Below are positions 55,681 to 64,000 of a stretch of 64,000 nt of DNA, in pieces. Each line of letters opens with the position of its first letter. Position 1 is the stretch's first letter. A program made the position numbers and the translations under genes. This DNA is from the human T2T-CHM13v2.0 reference genome, Homo sapiens. The DNA lies in the NCBI RefSeq assembly GCF_009914755.1, contig NC_060925.1. One strand, 5' to 3'. The notes beneath the pieces are model-generated. The model made no database searches and was not told the DNA's origin. It saw only the letters and a list, made by a program, of their open reading frames with translations.

Positions 55681-56409
55681 CTAAAAAAATTTGGGACAAT
55701 TCAACTCCAAACTTTAACCATCAAGAATTAGTAGAAAATAAATAGTAAAGTAAATATAAAGAAAATAAAAAGTAAGATGAATCCACCTAAATCAAATTAT
55801 TAGGTGAGAATAACCTTATTAAAAAAATAACAGGAAAAGTTTAGTACACAAAATATAATATATGAAGCATGCATAGTATGTGCATATGAAAACCCTGTTG
55901 AAAATTCAAGTTAGTAAATTCTTAAAAACTCTTTCTCTTTCTTCCTGTCTGCCTATTTCTCTTATTGCCAAATAGTTTCTTCTTACAATAATAGTGTATG
56001 AAGATTAACTCATAAATATAGCTATTAGTGTAGGAACTTTACCAATGGACAGAAAAAATATAATAATCTCAAGAGATTAACAAAACTAGTCAAAAAATTA
56101 AATTCCCCTCAATTATCAAAATAAAATACAAATATTAGTTTAGGGTAAAATTTTGGAACATTTAAGGCATTTACACTTAAGTCAGCAAAGAGATAAGGAC
56201 ACGTATTATTGCTTCTATTAATGTTGTTCACTATTTACCAAATGTAATTAGATTTAAGAAACATGATGTATGAGTTAGAAAGTAGAGTTAGAAAGGAAGC
56301 TACAAAACTTCTCTTACTTGCCAATAATTCAATATTTGCATAAATATTAATCCTGAATTTATAGAAAACAACAGTAATATAGTTTTTATTTGTTTATTTA
56401 TTTTAATGA

Positions 56410-56519
56410 TTACATAAAGTTTATTGAAGCTCAAAGATTGAGGATGGCCACCCAGGAGCCGTACATTCAAGTTTCCCTGAATATACACTTCAATTACCAG
56501 TAGTTACCATGGGTTTTTA
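56410..56519 (-). mobile_element. ERV1 LTR fragment (MER31-like)
   Basis: 'aaagtttattg...ttgaggatggccacccagg...ttcaagtttccctgaatatac'. Confidence 0.45.
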
Positions 56520-58425
56520 TATTTTTATTTTTTATTTCCATAGGTTTTGGGGGAACAAGTGGCATTTGATTACATGAATAAATACATTAGTGGTGATTTG
56601 TGAGATTTTGGTGTACCCATCACCTGAGCAGTATACACTGAACCCAATTTATAGTATTTTATCCCTCACCCCCTTCCCACCCTTTCCCCCTAAGTCCCCC
56701 TAAGTCCCCAAAGTCCATTGTATCATTTTTATGCCTTTGCATCCTCATAGCTTAACTCCCACTTATTAGTGGAAAAAAATACATTTGTTTTTTTATTCCT
56801 GAGTTGCCTCACTTAGAATAATAGTTTCCAATCCCATTCAGGTTGCTGCGCATGCCGTTATTCATTCTTTTTTATGGCTGAGTAGTTTTCCATCATACAT
56901 ATATGTATATATGTGTATATATATATAGTGTATATATGTATATATCATATATATAGTGTATATATGTATATATCATATATATCTCACTATATTATATATA
57001 TATATCTATATATATATATCTATATCTCTATATACATATCTCACAATCCCTTTATCTACTTGTTGATTGATGGGCATTTGGGCTGGTTCCCATTTTGGCA
57101 ACTGCGAATTGTGCTGCTATAAACATGCGTGTGTAAGTATCTTTTTCATATAATGACTTATTTTCCTCTGGGTAGATACCCAGTAGTGAGACTGATAGAT
57201 CAAATGACAGTATTCCTTTTAGTTCTTTAAGAAGTCTTCACACTTTTTTCCACAGTGGTTGTACTAGTTTACATTCGCACCAGCAGTGTAGAAGTGTTCC
57301 CTTTTCACCGCATCCACACTAACATCTATTATTTTTTTATTTTTTTTACTATGGCCATTTTTGCGGGGGTAAGGTCTTATTGCATTGAGGTTTTGATTTG
57401 CATTTCCCTGATCATTAGTGATGTTGGGCATTTTTTCATGTTTTTTGGCCATTTATAGATCTTCTTTTGAAAACTGTCTATTCACATCCTTAACCCACTT
57501 TTTTATGGGATTGTTTGTTTTTTTCTTGCTAATTTCCTAGAGTTCCTTGTAGATTCTGGATGTTAATGTTTTGTCAGAAGTATACATTATGAAGATTTTC
57601 TCCCACTCTGTGGTTTATCTGTTTACTCTACTGACTATTCCTTTTAGCATGCAAAAACTCTTTAATTTAATTAAGTCCCACCTATTTATCATTGTTTTTG
57701 TCGCATTTGATTTTGCATTCTTGGTCATGAAATCTTTGTCTAACCCAATGTCTAAAACATTTTTTCCAGAGTTATCTTCTAGAATTTTTATTGTTTCAGG
57801 TTTTAGATTTAAGTCCTTGATCCATGTTGAGCTGATTTTTGTATAAGGTGATAGATGAGGATGAAGCTTCATTTTCTTACATGTGGCTTGCCAATTATCC
57901 CAGCACCATTTGTTTAATTGAGTGTCCTTTCCTCACTTTATGCTTTTGTTTCCTTTGTTGAAAATCAGTTGGCTATAAGTATTTGGGTTTATTTCTGGGT
58001 TCTCAATTCTGTTCCATTGGTCTATGTGCCATTTTCATACCAGTACCATGCTGTTTTATTGATGATGGCCTTATAGTATACTTTGGAATCAGGTAATGTA
58101 GTGTCTCCAGATTTGTTCTTTTTGCTTAGTCTTGCTTTGGCTATGTAGGCTCATTTTGTTTACATATGAATTTTAGAATTGCTTTTTCTAGTTCTTTAAA
58201 GAATGATGGTAGTATTTTGATGAGAATTGCATTGAATTTATAGATTGCTTTTGGTAGTATGCTCATTTTCACAACATTGATTCTACCCATCCAAGAGCAT
58301 GGGATGTGTTTTTATTTGTTTGTGTCATCTGTGATTTATTTCTGCAGTGTTTTGTAGTTTTTCTCATAGAGATCTTTCTCCTCCTTGGTTAGATATATTC
58401 CCAGGTATTTTACTGTTTTTGCAGC
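56520..58425 (-). mobile_element. 5'-truncated L1PB (~1.9 kb) with disrupted ORF2 C-terminal part
   Basis: 'ttccataggttttgggggaacaagtgg...tagtggtgatttgtgagattttggtg'; ORF 57615-57872(-) gives [32 protein letters not shown], which is L1 ORF2p; TA-rich expansion at 56895-57040. Confidence 0.92.
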
Positions 58426-58689
58426 AAAAGTATCAGAGTATTTAAAAGTGTGTTTTCCATGACATTAGCATGCAAAAGTTAGTAGCATGCAAAGAGTTTC
58501 TTAACAATAAAATAAAATAGACAAAATATTGTAGTAATAAAATCAACAAAAATTATAAGATATTTAAGAGTAAACTTGGGGGAAAGAAATAAAAAAATGT
58601 TCAGGAGAATATTCCATACATCATTTGTATTATATTCCATACATCAACTTCAATAGCTTGAGTGTGTATCACTATTTAAATAACCTCAA

Positions 58690-59090
58690 GAATGCTATGT
58701 AACAATTTGCTCCACAACTCAATGGCTTAAAACAATAATTATTTCAGCTGACTACAGCTGGGAGATTTATTTGTAGTATGGAGACTGTGATGAACATCTG
58801 GGGCCGTGGAGTGACCTGGCCATGAGTCTTTCATTCTTTCTAACAGGCTGGCCTTTTTGGCTATGACAGAGGAGCAAGAAAAAACAAATGAATGTGCTAG
58901 CTGCCTTAAATGCCTCTTCTTGTTTTACCCTTCGATAATATCATATTGACCAAAGTAGATTACAAAGCCAGTCTAGAATTGAGGTACAGTGAAATAATAT
59001 CACCTTTGTAGTGAGAGAAACTGGGAAGTCACACAGCAAGAATATGTGGACAGAAGTTATAAACTGGGCTATTAATGAATTCAATTTACA
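58690..59090 (-). mobile_element. Degraded MLT1 LTR
   Basis: 'tgctatgtaacaa...ccacaactcaatggcttaaaacaataa', 'cattgaccaaag'-like internal motif. Confidence 0.55.
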
Positions 59091-60304
59091 ATGATCAGAT
59101 AAGTATGTTCATGAATGTGAAAATTTAATATTAAAACTTAATATTTTTCATATTACACTATAAATTCAATGTAATTTCAATAAAAATATCAAAAGTATAT
59201 TTTACTGAACCAATTAATGATTGGTGAACTATTTAATCAACTTTTCTTGAACAATTGAAAATTTGCCTATATGCAAATTAATAAATTAGATCCCTATTTT
59301 ACATCATACTCCAAAACACAGGTCCAATTAAAGATAAAGTATCAAAACTGAAATTTAAGAACATTTAGTGTGGTATAGCTGAAAGTATTTAGGGCTATTA
59401 AAAACTTGCTTAAACAAAACAAAGAACTAAAAGTCAAAAGTGTGAGATGAATAAATTTGAAAGCATCCACTGGAAAAAGCATCCAAGTGGTTGGACAGCT
59501 ATGCTAAAGACCATAGGTGTGTGACACATGGATCCAATCAACTATCTTAGCAAACACCATGAATAGAGATGTGGTTATCCAGAAAACATTTATGGAGGGC
59601 CCACTTAATGGCTTAAACTCTCTTGAATTGTGCAGGGGACTGACAAGAGTTTGAGAATTTATGTCAATCGAATGTTGCCAGCCTTGACTGAAAGGAACAG
59701 AAAAGGGAGAAAATGAAGAAAGAATGGCTCAGAGGGCAGATCCATGGATGCACAGGCTTGGGATGATAGTACCTGTTCAAGTTAAGAGGGCAGGGATGGC
59801 TGCACAGTGTGCCCCCAGAGGACAGTGAGCTTGCTCCTGCGCAGAACAAAAAAGTCTTCTGATTTAGACTGTGATGATAGATGACAGAAAGGGAAAGTAG
59901 CCTTTAAAATTTAAGGAGATGGTCCAGAAAGAACATAACCCTAATTTGGATTTAGATCTTATTATTGATAATACCAACATTTTTTCAGAACATTTAAGCT
60001 AGTATGAAATTGAATAAAATATATTTTCCTTAAAGCCCATTAAATTTGATATGTAAAATGTGTATTTATATTACACAAAGGAAATATTAATTAAATGTTA
60101 AAATATGAAAATATCTGTTTTCCTCAGTTTTCTTAGTTTTATTTTCTGTAAGTTTTCATTTTTCAATGCAAAAATGTTTTCTTAAGAGAAATACAACCAA
60201 TTATATTATATTGTATTATATTACATTATATTATGTTAATAAAGTTTTTTGTGTGTGTCAGGTCCATTAGAGTATTAGTGTATAAAGAGGAATGACCTTG
60301 TAAA

Positions 60305-60470
60305 AAAAACCTGATTTCTGGATTTATTGCTGCCTCTTAATACTTGGACTTTGGACAAGCCACTTAACCTCTCTAAGGCTATTTCCTGCCCTACATCACA
60401 AAGTAGATGTAAGAATCAAATGAGGTTATTTGTGAAGGTTCTCTAATTCTCAGTATAAATGTCAGGAATG
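60305..60470 (+). mobile_element. MIR fragment
   Basis: 'actttggacaagccacttaacctctctaag', 'gtaagaatcaaatgag'. Confidence 0.65.
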
Positions 60471-62526
60471 ATTATTGCAAAAATAATTTTAACACAATTC
60501 CCAGTCTTATATACACAAGTAATATGCATTTTTTAAATTAAATCAATATTTTATCATTTGCAAACTGTCACCTATCTTATAAAACATATTTATATTGGAT
60601 CATAAAAAAGCAGCATATTTATGTAGGATTCTGTAATAATACTCAATAGACTGTAAATGTTTACGTGTAAGTGAGATATTATACTATGTCTCTATCTAAA
60701 AGAGTTCGAAAAGTTATTTTAGATGAACAAATGTGATGTTTAGTGAAAATGTAGCCAATAAATGGGAGATTTTGAACCAAATTATTTGCTCAAGATGCTA
60801 TCTTTGGAATTTATTAACATTTGGGAAGTTAAATAGGTGTTTAGTTGTTGTTTTTGGTTGACTCGGTTTTATTATAAATAAATTGATCAATAATTATACT
60901 TTTTGGAAAGTAAATAGCCCATGCCCCATTGCACCAAATGAAAGCTAGGGCTTTATGCCAGAAACGAACCACTAAAGAGTTTTGGATTCCATTTTTGTAA
61001 AGGTCCCAGTGGTTCTGAGAAGGAAGCAGAGGTGAGAGAGAGACCATGTATTCCTCTGGTCATTACTTAGAGTCATGTTGTTACCTCTCTGTGATCTAGG
61101 TGCACATGAGACATCGTACTACATTCTTATTTCTCAGGAATTTAAATTTAGTATGTGCCTTTTTCATAGTTTTTACCTAAATTCTAGTGAAAAATAATGT
61201 ATAAATGTAAAAACTGAAATCTCAAACCAATGTATTCATTATACAACATAACACCAAGGCAAGGAAAATTCTATGAGCATAGTAAAAATTTCATGAATGC
61301 TAACTGATTTAGTTCTGTATTCAAGGAAAATAAATGACTGGAAGGGAAGGTACTCTATATATATCAACTAAAATATATCCTTATTTCTCTTTTATTACTT
61401 TTTTTGAAAAGACATTTTATTTATGAGATAATGACATGTTGTTTATGAAAGAATTTTGATTTTATATTTACCTAGTTGCAACTAACTAGAAAAAAAAGGT
61501 TAATCTTTTTAGTATTCCTTCTAAGGCCAAAGATCATGTCGAGGCCTGAAGAGAACTAGTTAACAATGTTTTAGAGGCTACTGATACCAGTCTCTGAAAT
61601 GTAGATTGTCTATCCTTAGGTAATCTAGACTACTTGATCACACATTTAAAATAGCAGACAAATGGTTCTCAGATGTATTTATATAGAACTTATTTTGAAA
61701 ATATATGGTCACATTGTTATCATGGTAACATGAAGGACATAATACAATTGTATTCTCTCTCCATATAATTTTACATATATATTTTTAGTCGATATATGCA
61801 GCATATATTTACATTATTAATATCAATAAATTTACAATTCTTATATATGATTTTGTTGTTAATTGAAATATTTGAGTGAGTTTATGCAATTAATATTCAA
61901 TGGCAATGATCTTTAAAAAGAAAAAGATATATAGTCTACAAATTTGTTTGAGCATGTTAGTTAGTTATTCTAAGGCAGCCAGTTTATTTCACGATATGTT
62001 ATTTTTAAATTATTATTACTGATGACTATGTGCCAGAGCTATAGAGCTCCCAACATCTTACTGCCACCGGCACTGCCTTCTAAGTAGACATTGGTGTTAA
62101 TTTGAGTAATTATGAGACCACTGTAAGCCAAGGATTAACCCTGTCATTCACAACTATACACCAAGAAGGAGGTTTCTGTGTGCTCTTCAAAAATGTGAAC
62201 AAACCGATCTCAGAATCTCATTCTGAGGCTCTGCAACAGTAACTGCATTGATTAGGTTCCTGGCTGACCTTGAAAGATAAGGAGATTTGCTCTTGGTTTA
62301 AAACCTATGTATGATTTTTGATGCCTGACCATGTGCAATTACAAAGGCTACCTGGCAAGCCTCAAGAGGAAAGCTGCCCTCCTTACAGTAGGCCTGGTGC
62401 ACAGCCAGAGCATTGCAGTCTCTCAAGAGTCAAGTCAGTCAGGGACTCGAGCTCCTCTATCAAATCATGTTCTTTGGATAAATTTCTAGCCTGGTGCTTT
62501 CATTCCTATGTCTCTTTATCTGATGC

Positions 62527-62935
62527 TAATATGGTTGGGATCTGCTACCACCCAAATCTCATTTTGAAATGGAATTCCCAATGCGGGAAGGTAGGGTCTA
62601 GTTAAAGGAGATTGGATCATGGGGGTGGCTTCCAATGGTTTAGCACCATCCCCTCAGTGCTGTTCTTGTGATGGAGGCCTCAGGGCATGTGCTTGTTTGA
62701 AAGTGTGTAGCACCTTCCCTGCCCTCTCTCTTCCTCCTGCTCCAGCCATGTTAAGATGTGCCTGCTTCTCCTTTGCTTCTGCCACGATTGTAAGTTTCCT
62801 GAGGCCTCCCCAGAAGCAGGAGCCACTATGCTTCCTGTACAGCCTGCAGAACTGTGATCCAATTAAACCTCCTCTCTTTGTAAATTACCCAATCTCAGGA
62901 ATTTCTTTATAACAATGTGAGAATAAATTAATACA
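62527..62935 (+). mobile_element. MSTA MaLR solo LTR
   Basis: 'taatatggttgggatctg...cacccaaatctcat', 'tgtaagtttcctgaggcctccccagaagc', ends aattaataca; TSD gatgc/gaagc. Confidence 0.9.
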
Positions 62936-63349
62936 GAAGCCTTGGGCAGAAGTGTTCTTCAGGCATGTCTGCTGAGGTCTCCTTATGTGGGGAGGAGGAG
63001 AAGACCTTGAAGAGACACTTCTCTCTCTGACTCAGCACCCAGCACTTTTCCACTCTTAGCCTTCCTCCTTCACCAGCACCAGCACCTCACCTCACCTCAT
63101 TGTGCATAACACTGGCAGAGTCTTTAGTTTGAGGACTCCCTCCACAGTGAGACAACCCTCACAACTGTGTTGATCCAGTGCAATTTCCCAAGCTGTAGTG
63201 GCAATTTCCCCAGTTTTAGGTTCTTGAAAGGCTTACCTCTTTCCACTCTTGACTTGTTGCTTTTTACTGGCTTTTCTGACACTTAGCAGCTCATTTCCCT
63301 CTCACAGTTCAGCTGAGCTCCTGACAAAAGACATGACACAAAGATTTGC

Positions 63350-63715
63350 GCCAGATTTAGGAAAGCCAGCCAGCATGGGAAGGGCTTACTAGTGGAGGAT
63401 TTGGGCCCTCTGCTGGACCTGAAAGGACAAGAGGAAGGAGAATTACCAGAACCCAAGAAGACAACTACAAGTAGGGCTTGAGCTTCTGCTACTGTGGTGT
63501 ACTTACTCTCAGAAAACCAGCATGGAGGTAGCTGGAGACCAAATATCCCAACCTGACCATCCTGTGCCTTCCAGGTCCCACGCTAGTGCCTTCTATTAGC
63601 CCAACCTAACCAGAAATGATAGAATCAGTCTATTAGCTCAGCCACCAGAGTAGAAAACAGAGTTAAGAAGAGTAAAAAGTGCATCTAGAGGAGCAAACAA
63701 AAAATATTCAGTATG
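63350..63715 (-). mobile_element. Degraded ERVL LTR (LTR33-like)
   Basis: 'attagcccaacctaaccagaaa' and 'gtgcatctagaggagcaaacaaaaaatattcagta'. Confidence 0.45.
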
Positions 63716-64000
63716 TATTTAACTTCAAAAAATATTTTATCATATGTAAAACCATCACATATGTGACCCGTTTAGTGTCAACTCACATCTCAAACTTAGC
63801 CTCTTACAGTCTGATGAGTAATGTCTTTCTAACTCGAAACACTAGTTTTACTAATTTTCTTGTGATCTTTTGTTCATCTCAGTCTGAAATATTTTACATT
63901 CAAATCAGAGTAGAGATTCTCCTATTTATATTCCTGAGTACTGTGCATTTTTCAAAACCCAATGTCTTCAACACACCTCCCCTGATTATGCCAGATGTCA

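Noticed and set aside
57255-57872. ORFs with L1 ORF2p similarity
   Set aside because: Broken fragments of a 5'-truncated L1PB.
59465-59850. More GC-rich block resembling MaLR internal sequence
   Set aside because: Too diverged to assign confidently by eye; not listed as a feature.
62318-62912. ORFs of 95 and 97 aa
   Set aside because: Overlap MSTA and flanking LTR-like sequence; non-coding repeat translations.

Overview
AT-rich, CpG-depleted primate genomic DNA, most likely human or another ape (AluY, L1PA, MER11 and LTR10 are all present). It looks intergenic or deep intronic. I can support no protein-coding gene, RNA gene or CpG island. Every ORF in the supplied track is either derived from Alu, L1, LTR or microsatellite sequence or is a short chance ORF with no recognisable protein similarity. 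About half of the window is interspersed repeat: six roughly full-length Alus plus AluJ/FLAM pieces, L1PA/PB/M fragments, L2, MIR, solo LTRs (MER11, LTR10, MLT2, THE1, MST, MER39) and DNA transposon relics (MER2, MER44, MER47, MER20, MER63, Tigger1). Family names come from my recall of consensus sequences, not from a database search. The most interesting signals are genome-evolution scars: a 35-bp inverted copy of a nearby THE1 inside a microsatellite, a twin-primed L1PA that also appears to carry a short 3' transduction, two unexplained diverged direct-repeat pairs each about 1.32 kb apart, a three-element deletion junction, and solo LTRs with intact transcription-factor motif clusters. I do not see a new gene system here.
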